This document shows, one piece after another, positions 50,372 through 64,000 of a stretch of 64,000 bases of DNA. The stretch comes from Octopus sinensis (taxonomy: Eukaryota), in assembly GCF_006345805.1 (NCBI RefSeq), contig NC_043001.1, positions 40,982,001 through 41,046,000 of the forward strand, read 5' to 3'. Both the position numbers and the translations under genes were made by a program. Each line of letters starts with the position of its first letter. Positions within the stretch are counted from its first letter, which is position 1. A model generated the notes under the pieces. That model was not told the origin of the DNA. It saw only the letters and a list, made by a program, of their open reading frames with translations, and searched no databases.

Positions 50372-51088
50372 CCGTAAATCTTCGAGTATAGTCCGCCCTT
50401 GAGTATAATACGAGGGGGTTTTTTTTTGGGGGGGGGGCTGTACCTCTGAAAAACCTAAACTTTGTGTATAATCCTTTCTATTAGAAGCAGAAGGCCTCAA
50501 ATTTGGAAGAAGGGGTTAAGTCGATTACATCGACACCAGTGCGTAACTGGTACTTATTTAATCGACCCCGAAAGGATGAAAGGTAAAGCCGACCTCAGTG
50601 GAATTTGAACTCAGAACGTTACAGCAGACTAAATACTGCTAAGCATTTCGTCCAGCGTGCTAACGCACTCCTTCTCTAACTTGAGTCGTGCGTAATTAAG
50701 CCAGCAGCACCTAGTCGAACAAACACTTCCGCGCATGCGTAATACAATAATGGTGATGTTCTTAACTGTTATAGGGGAATGTAAATATGTTTGCAAATTG
50801 TTTTTGTTATATGTTATTCTGTGTTCTGAATACTTATTTTAATAAATGTTGCTTACTGCAAGTTATGGAGGATTCTTTTATGACTTCATTGCTTTCACGC
50901 TTAGCCTAAGGTATTTTTGCGCCCGACATCACAAAATGTTTCTCAATAAACATTGCCGGACAGCAAATAGAAACTTGGACATTGATTAGAAAATATTTTT
51001 CATTTTTAACTTCGTATATAGTACGCACTAAGGATTTTGACCGTTAAATTTTGGGGAAAAAATGCGGATTATACTCGAGGATTTACGG
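50372..51088. mobile_element. pogo/Tigger-type MITE with a nested family B SINE
   Basis: TIR CCGTAAATCTTCGAGTATA / TATACTCGAGGATTTACGG with TA on both flanks. Confidence 0.85.
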
Positions 51089-51190
51089 TATATGTGTATT
51101 TATATATATACATGTGTGTGTATATATGTGTGCATATATATATGTATATATATGTATGTATATATGTGTATATGTATATATGTGTATATG

Positions 51191-51260
<70 letters not shown>

Positions 51261-51324
51261 TGTGTATATATATATGTATATATACATATATATGTATATA
51301 TACATATATATCTATATATGTATG

Positions 51325-51361
<37 letters not shown>

Positions 51362-51698
51362 GCGTGGCACCTTGGGCAAGTGTCTTCTGCTATAGCCCCG
51401 GGCCGACCAATGCCTTGTGAGTGGATTTGGTAGACGGAAACTGAAAGAAGCCTGTCGTATATATGTATATATATATATATGTGTGTATGTGTGTGTGTTT
51501 GTGTGTGTCCCTCTAGCATTGCTTGACAACCGATGCTGGTGTGTTTACGTCTCCGTCACTTAGCGGTTCGGCAAAAGAGACCGATAGAATAAGTACTGGG
51601 CTTACAAAAGTGTAAGTCCCGGGGTCAATTTGCTCGATTAAAGGCGGTGCTCCAGCATGGCCGCAGTCAAATGACTGAAACGAGTAAATGAGTAAGAG
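51362..51698 (+). mobile_element. Family A SINE, 5'-truncated, between long (TA)n-rich tracts (51089-51361, 51699-52055)
   Basis: Match to the other family A copies. Confidence 0.85.
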
Positions 51699-51710
51699 TA
51701 TATATATAGA

Positions 51711-51744
<34 letters not shown>

Positions 51745-51776
51745 TGCATATATATTATATATAATATATATATAGA

Positions 51777-51826
<50 letters not shown>

Positions 51827-52010
51827 TGCATATATATATATATAATATATATATATATATAATATATATATAGATGCATATATATATATATATATAATAT
51901 TATATATATATATATATGCATATATATATATTATAATATATATATAGATGCATATATATATAATATTATATAGATGCATATAATTATATATATATATAAT
52001 ATATATATAT

Positions 52011-52057
<47 letters not shown>

Positions 52058-52406
52058 ATTTTCTGTTTTGGGTTTCTCCAATTCACTTACTATTTGGTAT
52101 ATTGATGTAAACCAGATAAGATCCATGTATATTTACATATATATATTGTATGTGTGTACACACACTCACCTAATTAAAAAACGTAACGTTTCTCTACGAA
52201 CCTGAGATATTACTGCCAAGTTTTGTATTTGACGAACAAGCAGTGTATGCTACATGTGCGAATACCGTGTTTCTACAACAGATGGTATGCTAGCGTTAGC
52301 AAGGAACACCCCTGAATATTTTCAAAGCATTAGAGAAACTACTTGTAAGGGAAAAGGAGTGTAAACAAAAATGCTACGCAAAACGCTCGCGAAAGTTTGC
52401 GATTAC

Positions 52407-52438
<32 letters not shown>

Positions 52439-53363
52439 CGGTGATACTTCTCCGAATTAGGGATTCTGTCGCTCTTGTTCTCTATTGCTGCAAACTTAGA
52501 GAGAAAAGAGAATAATCTTCCTGTTTAGTCACCCACTTTTTTTGGGGGGGTGGGGGGCAGGTTCTATATACCAAAATACAGATGCAACACAAACACGGTA
52601 ACTTTCAGGTATTCGACAAATAAGAGCATCACATTTTTTTTACTTTTTAAGTACGCAACGTAACTAACGGAATTACCTTTCATCTTTAAGCTAAATGATG
52701 TAAGAGAATATATATCACCTGTATCGCTTAGGCTGTCGAATGTTTAGTATATATACCGCTGGTCATAATTATTTACCTAATAGAATTCCATAATTAGTTT
52801 CATCGGTTTAATTACCATCCGCAAAATTTGCAGAATTCCAAACATTTTACATCAAGTTACGCATGGGAACTAAATTTTCACTCTTGTGTTCTATTACGAG
52901 GATTTAAGTTAACTTTAAGTGTAAGAAATTACTCTTCGGATTTCGATCTCAAAGGTAATACGATAAGTTTTATCTCATTATATATTATATATCCAGTAAC
53001 ATTCTGGTATTATTGCTTTCTTGGACATTACCTATACAGTTAAATGTTATGTACTTTATCCGTGACAACTGCATTTCAACGATACATGATAACTTGTAAA
53101 AACTGTATGTATTGATATTATCGTAAGATTAAATGTTATAGGTGACAGATGGTATGTTATTTCACCAGTTAAACATTTTTTTTTAATATATATATTTTCA
53201 ATGGAACTTTGTAAAACATGAAACAGCTTGCAATAATGTTTACAACGCTAACAGCGGATATACACAAATAAATATAAAACATTTAAAGACTGAAAGAAAA
53301 CTGTCGGGTAAAGTAATTATAAAGTAATTATAACAGAAAGATTATTTATTGTGAAGTTAATAA

Positions 53364-54523
53364 ATGGGGTACGACATCCACCAATTTGTAGAAACAATTG
53401 ATATAAATTTAGTGTGCAGTATATGTGGATCAGTTTTTGAGAATCCTGTACTCACGCCATGTGGACATAGTTTTTGTTTGATATGCCTGGAAACTTGGTT
53501 GAAAACATCTTTAACGCAAGAACAACCACCACCACAGTTATTACAGCTACAATATAGGCGACCAAGGTCCTTTCCCTCAACTTGTCTGTCACCTGTAACA
53601 GCTTCATGTCCAGAATGCCGCAAGCCAGTGCATCCAAATGAGGCCAAGCCTGAAATTGCTTTACGAAACCTTATCAATGGTTACTACATGTTCTGTCCAT
53701 TTAGAAAAAATGGATGTTATGTAATGACTAAATTAGAACAACTTGAAAACCACGAGTCAAAATGCCCACATTCTCCTGTGAAATGTGCAAGCTGTGGAAC
53801 AACAGTACGCATGGTAAATCTTGCTGAGCACCAAATCAAGTGCCAAAGTTTAGCAGCTTTGATTGAAGATAGTGATGATTCTTATGAGAGGCAAGAATAC
53901 ACACCATCAAAAGTACCAGTAACAGATAAAAACACATCAGTGGAGTTTGCTCAACTTCTTAAAATTATGCAAGAACAAATGGACATCTTCGAAACAGACT
54001 TGCCAGATGCTAATGACACTGTGCAAGGCTCAAAACACTGCAGCAAAGTAAAAAGAGTCAACAAGAAAAGACCAAAGTCATTCATAGATAATACACTAAC
54101 TTCTCGTCAGGAATCATCAAGAAACACAGTGGCAACCCAAAGTGATAACAATAGCAAATCTAATTGCTCAGGATTACACTGGTTTGAACATTCTATCAAT
54201 AAAATGGTAACAGAACTCATTCATACTCAACACCACCAAGTTTTCCGGCTACCAAGATGGCAGCATACATTTTCCGTTATTTGCTTAACAAACCAACATA
54301 CATTGACAGTCGCAGAGTGTTTCGAGCAATCCAGAAATTTTATGATGATTTTACAATTAGTTCACACCTTTATGATAATGCAGTACATGTTCTAGTTGCC
54401 ACTGCATTAGCCAGTAATTGGTTCACAGAAATACAACAAAACTGCCTCAGCCAATGGCAGCAAAGTCTAGTGAAATGCCATGAACTACTGGAAAGCACAG
54501 TGCATATCAATTTAGACAATTGA
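53364..54523 (+). CDS. RING (C3HC4) plus TRAF/SINA-type zinc-finger E3 ligase (RNF151/RNF41-like N-terminus), encoded across two frames
   Basis: MGYDIHQF...LVCSIC..VFENPVLTPCGHSFCLICLETWL...CPECR, then CPF...GC...H...C...VKC..C...H...C. The protein-like C-terminal block (AYIFRYLLNKP...LVATALASNWF) is in the -1 frame, open from 54203 to the stop at 54523. Confidence 0.85.
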
Positions 54524-55870
54524 AAAAAAAGGTAAATAAAATTTGATTTTAAACTAGGAATGGCTTATGCAGATTCATTTGAGGGATATCAGTAAAGAAT
54601 TGGGTAAACTGAATCAGTAATATTTTAATCTTTTTCCTCAAATTTGATTAAACCAACTCTGGATTCATTTCTCAATGTGTCTGTGCTTATATACCAATGG
54701 AATATCAATTCCATAGTGTTAACTATTTGTTTGTTGAAGATCATACTGTTTCTTAATTTAGTTGTTGAAAGTTAAATGTTTGTGTAATAATTTTATATAC
54801 ACCAACATGTTTAGTGCAGCATACTGAGTCATTGGTGATGGAAGAATGAGGCAAATACATAGTTTCCCCACTATCATGAAGTTGGCTGGATCAACATCAT
54901 ATAGTCAATAGTCTGCTACTTGATTGTTGTTAACCAATTAGTGTAGTTTGAATGAAACATTGGAATATAGACGTCAAAAGAACAATTTACACATCCCCAT
55001 ATTTGTGGGTTTAAAATCCCTGTATCAATAATGGGGGTGTAATTTTAACCACAAAAAAAAATCAAAGTATAAGGTGTAAGCTGTTGTTTTGCTTCTTTCT
55101 TTTCACTCTTTTATATCTAATTTGCATTGTATTGAATTTTAGAAGTTTTAACAAATATAATTAAAGTATTATGTTATTTCAATATGATAATCAGAGGAGA
55201 GAGGATGGTGACCAAGTCTTCTGCAAGTGCTCCCTGACTGAACATCAATTTTACTAATGTAAACATTTGTTGGGTGTGTATTTAGAAAAAAAATGTAGGA
55301 GGGGAAAGAATTTCCAGAAGGCCACTAGTACAGGAAGGAAAGTTGGGTAGAGATTTTAGCAGAGGGTCTGGAACATAATAAATAAAAGAAGGAAAGATAA
55401 GTGGGTCTAAATGGAGAGAGTATGCAGGAAGCTAGTTTATAGGAACAAAAGCTGTTATAGTGAGTGTGACGGAAGAAAAAAAAAAACAGCACATCCGTAA
55501 GTTAGTGGTTGAAGCCTGTTAGTAATTGAATCTTTGGTCATCAGTGACATAAAAGGTAGTTGACATGGCGTTGTAGCTAAAGTTGACAGTGAAAGAATTA
55601 CTTGATTGAAGATAGTGATGATTCTTCTCTTTTTTTTGACATACATCCTCAGCCTTGTGAGAGAAACTCTGTAAAAAGAAACTGTACCAAAGCCTGTTGT
55701 GTGATCAAGTCACTTCACAACCATATAGTTTTGGATTCAGTCTTATTGGGCAAGTGTCTTCTGTAGCTCTGGCCCAACTGATGCCTTGTGAATGAATTTG
55801 GTAGAGGGACACCAAAAATGGCCCATTACATATGTCTATGTGTCCCTCCTTGTCTTGACAACATGCAGTA

Positions 55871-56070
55871 CAAGGGGGTGCTGAAAAGTTCCAGGTTTTG
55901 AGTAAAAGAACATACAGGAGGATCAGTTAATTATGATTTTATTCAACATATTCCCCTCTCAGATACACACTTGTTGCTGCAGTCTGTCAGTTTTTCTAAG
56001 CCCTATAAAAGAACTCCAACCAGTTCTTTCATGATACCCTTACAGCTAGGAACTTTTCAGCACCCCCTCA
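55871..56070. mobile_element. mariner-type MITE, 200 bp
   Basis: TIR AGGGGGTGCTGAAAAGTTCC / GGAACTTTTCAGCACCCCCT with TA flanks. Confidence 0.88.
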
Positions 56071-57578
56071 TAATTGTAAACAAACATCACTGTCCTATGG
56101 GTAGCATCATTTGTTTCCACTATTACAACTATGAGGAGATATTACTTTGCTTGAAAACAGGTGAGGGCTGGCAACCACAGAAAATCTGCTTTAATGATTT
56201 CTCTGGCCAATACAAATAAAGTTAAGTGATTGTTAAAATGATGGTGATGATGATGAAACTATAATAAACCCTTTGTATGTAACTGTTTGTGTATGTATAT
56301 ATATATATATGTATATGAATACTGACATTCTACAGCTTCACTTACCATCAGTGGTGTTATGATGTTTGTTTACATTTCTTGTGATAATTGCACTACCCTT
56401 TTTTGAAGACCTGTAGAATGAAAAATACCTTACTTGCAAAAGAAGGGTTGGCAACAGAAAGAGATATGAAAATCCTATACCTAAGATCACATCCAACCCA
56501 TACTAGCAAGGAAAAACAAATGTGAAATGTACTGGTGTGTGTAAAAGTGTATACTTTCACAGATTTAGGTTTTTGCCTTGACACTGTTTGGGTGACAATA
56601 GGATACGAATACCATACTTGAGATATAAGAAAAAGCAGATGAGTAAAGGCCTCTGCCTGTAAAGCATTGTCTCAATAAGCTTGATGAATGAATGCCAGTG
56701 TGTTTAAAGCAGACATAAAACTAATGATGACAATGATGTATGTTTGCATGCATGTGTTAAAATGGTAACTTAACCGATCAATAAAATATATCCAGATTGG
56801 CATACAGGTAATTGGACCACTATTACTAAGATCCTTGAAGGTGTTGCCCCAGTATGACAACAGTCCCTTGACTGAAACTAGTAACAGAGTAAAAGAAAAG
56901 AATGTACTGTTACTAGTGTAGCTAGTGTGTGTGCCACCCAGAGCAGCCCTTCCGTTTGCCGCTCCTGGACCCCTACAAAAAACATATTGTCTACAGCAAT
57001 AGCCTACAACAGGATGAAAAGTGCTGCCCCTCCCACCTACACTAGTGTGTACTGCTGATATTTTACACACACATAAAAAACCAAAATAACATCATTAGAC
57101 ATTAAAAGAACTCTAACAGAAATATATCTCTGGTGAAAAGTCAGAGCTATCTATTAATATTAGACATTTTGTGAAGATATATACAGGTTTTAGACTGCAT
57201 TTTTATTTCCTTTTGTATGAACTCAATATCATCAAAATTCATCTCTTCACACTGTACAGACAACTTTGAAATCGAAGATGAAATACCAATTTTGGTTTTT
57301 ATTTTCATTTAACTTTATGAATGGAAAAGAACAAGAAACAAAAAAATTAAAATTAAATAACCTCTTTTAAAAACTTGCAATGAAGAAGGTAATTATTTTT
57401 GTAACAATTTCGTATGATAGTTGAAATGGGAAAATAAAAATAAACAGATGTAATAAAAGGAAAAAAGTACAAGATAAGAAAAACAATTAAGTTTTGGAAG
57501 AAATGACTGATTATTTCAAAAATTTATGTGATATTACAAGATGTTGGTATCCTGGACCTGAGAATGGGTGCTAGAAAT

Positions 57579-57674
57579 TTATTTGCAGAAATGGGAAGGG
57601 ATAGTATTGGTCCTCTGGCGTTTTCTAGCTTCTAAACCTGTGAAGAATTCTCTGATATCTTCTTCTCTTACAAC
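57579..57674 (-). CDS. UBR7: UBR7 terminal coding exon
   Basis: ttttag acceptor; VVREEDIREFFTGLEARKRQRTNTIPSHFCK* resembles the UBR7 C-terminus as recalled (VV..EDI..FF....KKRRR...YCS); phase 0 matches the previous exon. Confidence 0.9.
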   Translation of the reverse strand, partial: VVREEDIREFFTGLEARKRQRTNTIPSHFCK

Positions 57675-58048
57675 CTAAAAAATAAAAATATTTAAAAAGT
57701 CTATGTTTACAAGTGAAAACAAGTGAAGTTAGGGAGAGTAGTGACACATGATGATAGTTTACTTCCTGACTGCAACTATTTCTCATTAGCTTTTTATGTT
57801 CCCTACATTCAATAAGTTAACACTAACTCAGCTATTAAACCTTATCTCTTGACAAAATCACATCTCCCTTTAATTTTTAGTGGCAATTCAGTTAATTTTG
57901 TAGGTCATAAGATATTTATTGTAAATAATGTTAAAAAAAAGTTTAAAATCATGTACATCCAAATAATAGATTTGATCAGGTCCTAAAATATTCATGTATA
58001 AATAATGAGCAATGAAATTTATAAGTTCTAACAAGTATCTAATCTTAC

Positions 58049-58110
58049 CTTCTTGGAATCGGCAAATTTCTTTAGGTAGTCTGTCAGCTCAGATTTTAAG
58101 TCATTATATC
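58049..58110 (-). CDS. UBR7: UBR7 penultimate coding exon (62 nt)
   Basis: Poly-T..aag acceptor and GTAAG donor; (G)YNDLKSELTDYLKKFADSKK matches the UBR7 motif YNDLK.EL.DYLK.FAD. Confidence 0.92.
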
Positions 58111-60776
58111 CTTGAATAAAAAAAAAATACCTTCTTTTTACAAATAAAGCATTATTTTAAGGTTCCATTATAAACAAAGACATGTAATAGGTAGTTAATA
58201 TAAACAAAGTAATACAGTTGTAGGTTGGTACTTTATTTCCCCCCCACACGCGTACACACACATATCTTGTCCAACAAGACAACAAAAGACAAAGTTAACC
58301 TAAGCAAGATTTGAACTAAAAGTGTAAAGATTCCTAACTAAATACCTTAAAACACTTTGCCCAACATCTGTTTACAATGGCAAAGATGAATAACATTGTA
58401 ATTTAGTAAATGCATTTTTAAAATATTCTTAAGGCTCTTCATTCCTTTTTATGAAGCACTAAGCAAACTAGGCCTTTGCTTAGGGCACCACACAACCTCA
58501 AAACAACTTAGACATTTCTTAATCCAACTTAAAACATGAAAAACTTAGTTAGGAAGATAGAGGATAAGGGTGGGTTGGTGGGGTAATTAGGAGGGACATG
58601 ATTTAATGTGAAATAGTTCAAATATTGCCAAATAACACAGTTATTTGGTGATACACAAGCTCATAAAACTAGATTTCTGGTTTGCAATTTAATTATCAAT
58701 TTTTTAAAAATGAATTTTACAACTGTTGTAAAAGAGAATAATGGCTGGAGTTAGCTGTAAAAAAATTAGATAAGTACACATTGTAGGACTGGGGAAAGGT
58801 GATGGAGACTGAGAGGATAAGGCACATGCTATAAGATTGGCTTAGAGTGCTGACTACCTGGGTGCTAGTGCTGGATGCATGATAATACAATCAGATATCT
58901 TTGTTAATATACAAGTATATTAGCTAAGAGAGAAATGAAACATTAAGTTAGTTAGTTAGTTAGTTCAAACTAATTAACTGTGAACTTTTATAAATAACTG
59001 TTTCTAACATAGGTACAAGGCCTGAAATTAAGGATAGGGCTTAGTCAATAATACAACCCCAATACATGATTGACTCTTTATTTTATCAAACCTAAGAAGA
59101 ATGGAAGAATGAAAGGTAACGTTGAGCCTGGTAGGATTTGAACTCAGAATGCAAATAGCACTGTAATGCAGTTTTTTCCAACCCTCTAATGATTCTTCCA
59201 ATCCATCACCAATGACTATTGTATAAAGTGGTTACACCTGCAATCATTCACTGCAATAGATTGTTGCAGTGAATGTTGTAAACCAAGCTGTGAACTTAAC
59301 TCACAGCAAATTAAAATTGGTTTTACTTGTGAAACCATTACATTCCTGTACAAAGTCTTAGCTCAGCAGAATTAGATTCTAGATTTCTTGCTTTTAAGCA
59401 GAACAGCACTTCTCTTAGTTAAAAGAGAAAATAAGTAATAAATCAAGTGGGCAAGTAATTGATGATGTTTCACATAAAACAAATATTCATAGATGATTAT
59501 TATAACCGATAAAATGTACAATGTAGGTTTGCTTGAATTTAGAAACATCCAAGCAATAAGATCACAAGTTTACTGAACATAACAATTTTCAAAACAAGAT
59601 AACTTTTAATATTCTTTTCTACTCTAGGCACAGGGCTCAAAATTTTTGGGGAGGGGTATGCAACTGGTACTTAATTTATTGATCCCAAAAGGATGAAAGG
59701 CAAAGCCGACCTTGGCAGAATTTGAACTCAAAACGTAAAGACAGGCAAAATACTACTAAGCATTTCTCCAGTGTGCTAACGTTTCTGCCAGCTCACCACC
59801 TTAAGATAACTTTTAATATTGTAACATAAAAAGCAGTGTTATCTTAAAGTTTCAGTCCATTCAGTTACTATATAAGTGCATTTTCACTAGTTTTGATTTG
59901 ATTTTATTCTATTTACATGCATATATCAGACTGGTGACTGGTGCAGCTCTCCAGCTTCCCAGCTCTGGTCAAACCATCCAACCCATGCCAGCATGGATGG
60001 ACAATGGCTGTTAAATGACAATGATGATACTGTCTTAAATGATTTCAATTTTAAGTAAGCAACCTTATATACAACAAGAGTATTTAATAGACCAAGAGCA
60101 ACAACAACAATAAGACATTACTTCATTATGACATCTTCACAGATCACTTCCAAACGAATTCATTATTTGCAACCAATTTGATATTAAGAAATTTGATATT
60201 TGACAATGAATGTTAGAGAATTATAATGTTGAATGAATGTTCACATCATTTAAAAACCAATAATTTGTGTGCAAATATACAGCAATGACACTAATCAGTT
60301 AACAAAGGAATTATCACCATCATCATCATTTAACGTCTATTTTTCATGCTGGCATGGGTTGGATGGTTTGACTGAAACTGGTAAGCTGGGAAGCTGCACC
60401 AGGTTCCAATCTGATTTGGCATGGTTTCTACAACTGGATACCCTTCCTAACACCAACCACTCCAAGAGTGTAGCAGGTGCTTAAGTCCTCAATTTTATTA
60501 GCTATGATATGGGCTTTGTGTATCAGCACAAAGGTACTTCACTTAAAAAATCTAAATATACAATTACTCTTCAGTTGTTGTTATATATATATTGGTCTAA
60601 CATTTTGGCATAAAGCCAGCTAATGTGGGGGAGGGGATAAGTCGCTTACATTGACCCCCGCTAATTTTATTAATCTTGAAAGGATGAAAGGTGAAGTTGA
60701 CCTCATTGAAATTTGAACTCAGAATGTAAAGATGGAGGAAATGCTGCTAACTAGCTATATATATATATATATATCA

Positions 60777-62803
60777 ATCATCATCATTATCCTCATCATC
60801 GTCATTTAACATCTGCTTTCCATGCTGGCATGAGTTGGATGGTTTGACAGAGGACTGGCAAGCCAGAAGGCTGCACCACGTTCCAATCTGATCTGGCATA
60901 ATTTCTACAGCTGGATGCCCTTCCTAATGCCAACCACTCCAAAAGTGTAGTGGGTGCTTTTTACATGCCACCAGCACGAAGGCCAGTCAGGCAGTAATGG
61001 CATCAACCACACATGAATGGTGCTTTTTACATGCTACCAGCACGGGAGCAAGTCAGGCGGCATTGGCATTGACCACACTTGAATGGTGCTTTTTACGTGC
61101 CACTGGCATGGGTGTCAATCAGCCACAACAATGACTTCACTTGACTCAACAGGTCTTTGCAAGTGCAGTTTATTGTCCAATGATTGAAGGATACTCTTAA
61201 ATAGGCCGGTTATGCTGCACTAGCATAGGCCATGGTTACGGTCTTACTTAGCTTGCTGGGTCTTCTCAAGCACAGCATATCTCTAAAGGTCTTGATCACT
61301 TGTCATCGCCTTGGTGAAGCCCAACATTTGATAGTCGTGCTTCACCACCTCATCCGAGGTCTTCCTGGGCCTACCTCTTCCACACACAGCTGTCCTCATC
61401 CATATGCAACACATGACCATACCAGCACAGTTGTCTCTCATGCACAACACATCTGATGCTTCTTATGTCCAACTTTTCTCTCAGGGCACTTACACTCTGT
61501 GTATGCACACTGACATTACATATCCAGTGGAGCATACTAGCTTCATTCCTTGCAAGCTTACACATGTCCTCAGCAGTCACAGCCCATGTTCACACACATG
61601 CGTCATACAGTCTACCTTTCATTCTGTGCAAGAAGCCCTTTGTTACCAGCAGAGGTAGGAGCTCTCTGAACTTTGCCCAGGCTTTTCTTATTCTAGCAGC
61701 TACACTTTCAGCGCACCCTCCCCTGCTACTGACATGGTCACCTAGGTAATGGAAGCTATCAACTACTAGTTTTTCCCCCTGGCGTGTGATGGAAGCTGTT
61801 TTCTATGTATTTTCAGTGTTTATTGCCCCTGAGCATTTGCCACACACAAAAACTATCTTCCCAGTTAACCTTCCTTTGATATTGCTGCACCTCTTATGTG
61901 TCCATAGCTTACACTGGGTGCATCTTATTGAGTTTCTACCTATGCCTTTTCTACAGATCAAGCAGGGCCATCTACCTGAAGAGATTTGTGATTTGTCTGC
62001 CTTCCTAATTATTAAGACTTTGGTTTTTGCTAAATTGACTCTGAGGCCCTTCGAGTTTAGACTTTGCTTCCACGCCTGAAACTTCTCCTCTAGTTCTGAT
62101 AGTGACTCAGCTATTAGAGCAAGCTCATCAGGATAGAGAAGCTTCCAGGGGCAGCTTGTCTTGAATTCCTCTGTTATTGCCTGGAAGACTATGATGAAAA
62201 AGAGGAGGCTGAGGACTGATCCTTGTTGGACCCCTACCCGGAATTCTTCACTATACTCATTGTCAACCCTCACCTTACTTACAGCATCCCTGAACAAGGC
62301 TTGTACAGCTCTCACTAACGACACATCTATCTCTAGCTTCCGCATTGACCACCAGATAAGGGTTGGGGGACCCTGTCAAAGGCTTTCTCCATGTCAACAA
62401 AATCCAGGCACAGAGGTTTATCTCAGGTTAGGTACTTTTCCTGCAGCTGTCTTACCAGAAACATAGCATCAGTAGTGCCTTTCCTGGCACAAACCCAAAC
62501 TGCATCTCTTCTAAATTGACTCTCTCCCTAATTAATTGGGCTATGACCCACTCCGTGACTTTCATTACCTGATCCAAAAGCCTGATACCTCTGTAATTAT
62601 TCGTATCTAATGCATCACCTTTACCTTTGTAGCAGTTGACTATGGTGCTGCTACACCAGTCATTGGGTATGACTCCATCATGTATCACCTGATTGACTAT
62701 ATAGGTAACTAGACTATAGCCGACATCGCCAGGTATTTTAAGCATCTCCGCAGTAATTCCTGATGGGCCAGGGGCATTCCCTGTTTTCATACCCTTAATT
62801 GCT
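60777..62803 (-). mobile_element. RTE-clade LINE in a UBR7 intron, 5'-truncated
   Basis: APGPSGITAEMLK, NYRGIRLL, MQFGFVPG, GVQQGSVLS and LLYPDEL; frameshifts. Confidence 0.93.
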
Positions 62804-63128
62804 AGAAATTGAATCAAAATTCAAAAAACTGTATTGTCTAAAAAAAAACTTCTACTTCTGACAATTTAAATTTTTTATTGTATATCAAATTCCTATACTG
62901 CTACATATTTCTTGGCAAATAGCGTTCACAAATGCATACTTCTCTTATCACAAACCACTCAAATGTTGAGCTATAAGTTGAATCTAGTGATAGATTATTA
63001 AGGTCAACAATCCATACTGATGAAATAAAAATAACACATCCTACATTTAGTTATCACACAAATAAATACAGATTCTAAATTGAAACTGAATCATAAACAT
63101 TCTTCATTAATCATCATTAAATTCTTAC

Positions 63129-63285
63129 CATGGATCACTTCCATCTGTTGGACTCTGTTCATTTTGGAGAGGGCATCCATTCCAGTTGGAGCATTAGAGT
63201 TAACCTGTTGCCCTTGTTCTTCATAAACACTAATAGGATCCTTCTCATCTAACAGGAAAGCGACCTTGTGGCTCTTATACATCTC
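63129..63285 (-). CDS. UBR7: UBR7 internal coding exon (157 nt); the gene continues beyond the window
   Basis: cag acceptor and GTAAG donor; EMYKSHKVAFLLDEKDPISVYEEQG...MDALSKMNRVQQMEVI matches UBR7 FL.DE.D....YE..G...MD.LS.MNRVQQ.E.I; phase 1 joins the next exon in frame. Confidence 0.92.
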
Positions 63286-63424
63286 CTGATAGTTAAAATA
63301 AAAGGAAGAAACAATGACATAACTTGATAAATATTAACAGTAAAAAAAAAAAAACATCTGTCAGCTGGTACTATGAAAACTTTAGTTATTCATATACATG
63401 CTTCTATTAGATAATCAGAGCAAA

Positions 63425-63730
63425 GACCCTCTTCAGTCATGAATGACAATGGGATTGCACCTAGAAAATTACCTGGTGAGACACAAGTCTAGGCAATGTT
63501 GTTTATGGAAGACCGGCAGTTGCCCATCCATACTAGCCTCCCCTCTCCACATCACCAATGTTATCCAAGGGAAAGACAAAGGCCAACACAACTCGGCACT
63601 AATGACATCACAACTCATTTCTACTGCTGAGTCAACTGGAGCAATGTGAAATAAAGTGTCCTGCTCAAGAACACAACACACAGCCCAGTCTGGGAATTGA
63701 ACTCACTAACCCTGAGCCATGCACCTTCAT
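63425..63730 (-). mobile_element. Family C SINE with deleted head
   Basis: Homologous to 31356-31694. Confidence 0.75.
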
Positions 63731-64000
63731 TAGATAATCACCTATCAATGTATATATGGTTACATTTGTGTATTTCTGTATGTCCCATCACTAACATACT
63801 AACTGTTATGTCATGAAGAGAAAGGTAACCATTCTTTCATTTCTTTTTGCAAGAAAATCTGTTTAAATAAAGTAAATATATTTCTTCAGTAAAAATTTAA
63901 CAATTAATCTTTTCACAGTGATAGAAAATTTAGATTAAATGGTTAATGATTTTTAGCTTATTTTAGCAGAACCCAGCCTTGTTTGTAGAGGTTAAGTATT

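Noticed and set aside
63091-63128. C-terminal KNLMMINEECL of the 63091-63282 ORF
   Set aside because: Read-through into the intron beyond the GTAAG donor at 63128; the UBR7 frame continues in the 58110 exon.

Overview
AT-rich, repeat-dense animal genomic DNA. The SINE/RTE repertoire and abundant (TA)n, (CA)n, (ATGT)n and (AAT)n microsatellites suggest a cephalopod, probably Octopus (inference). Two host genes are recognisable: a RING plus TRAF/SINA-type zinc-finger E3 ligase gene (+, 53364-54523, split over two frames) and the last three coding exons of UBR7 (-, 63285 to 57579), arranged convergently. The rest is mostly mobile DNA: RTE, CRE, R4/Dong-type, Tx1 and CR1-type LINE relics, a full-length dead mariner, MITEs and tRNA-derived SINEs. 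The most notable signal is a set of hammerhead-ribozyme-bearing, Penelope-like structures. (1) A 2.9 kb element with ~750 bp near-perfect inverted arms around an intact RT-less GIY-YIG endonuclease ORF, with one outward-facing type I hammerhead per arm (3538-6432). (2) A 923 bp near-perfect palindrome with a hammerhead in each arm (49204-50126). (3) A short (TA)n-embedded fragment with a minimal degenerate hammerhead (50137-50352). (4) A tRNA-headed, SINE-like unit carrying a minimal hammerhead, head-to-head with a partial second copy (39770-40058). All coordinates and pairings were read by eye. No database searches or folding programs were run, and repeat boundaries without TIR/TSD evidence are approximate.
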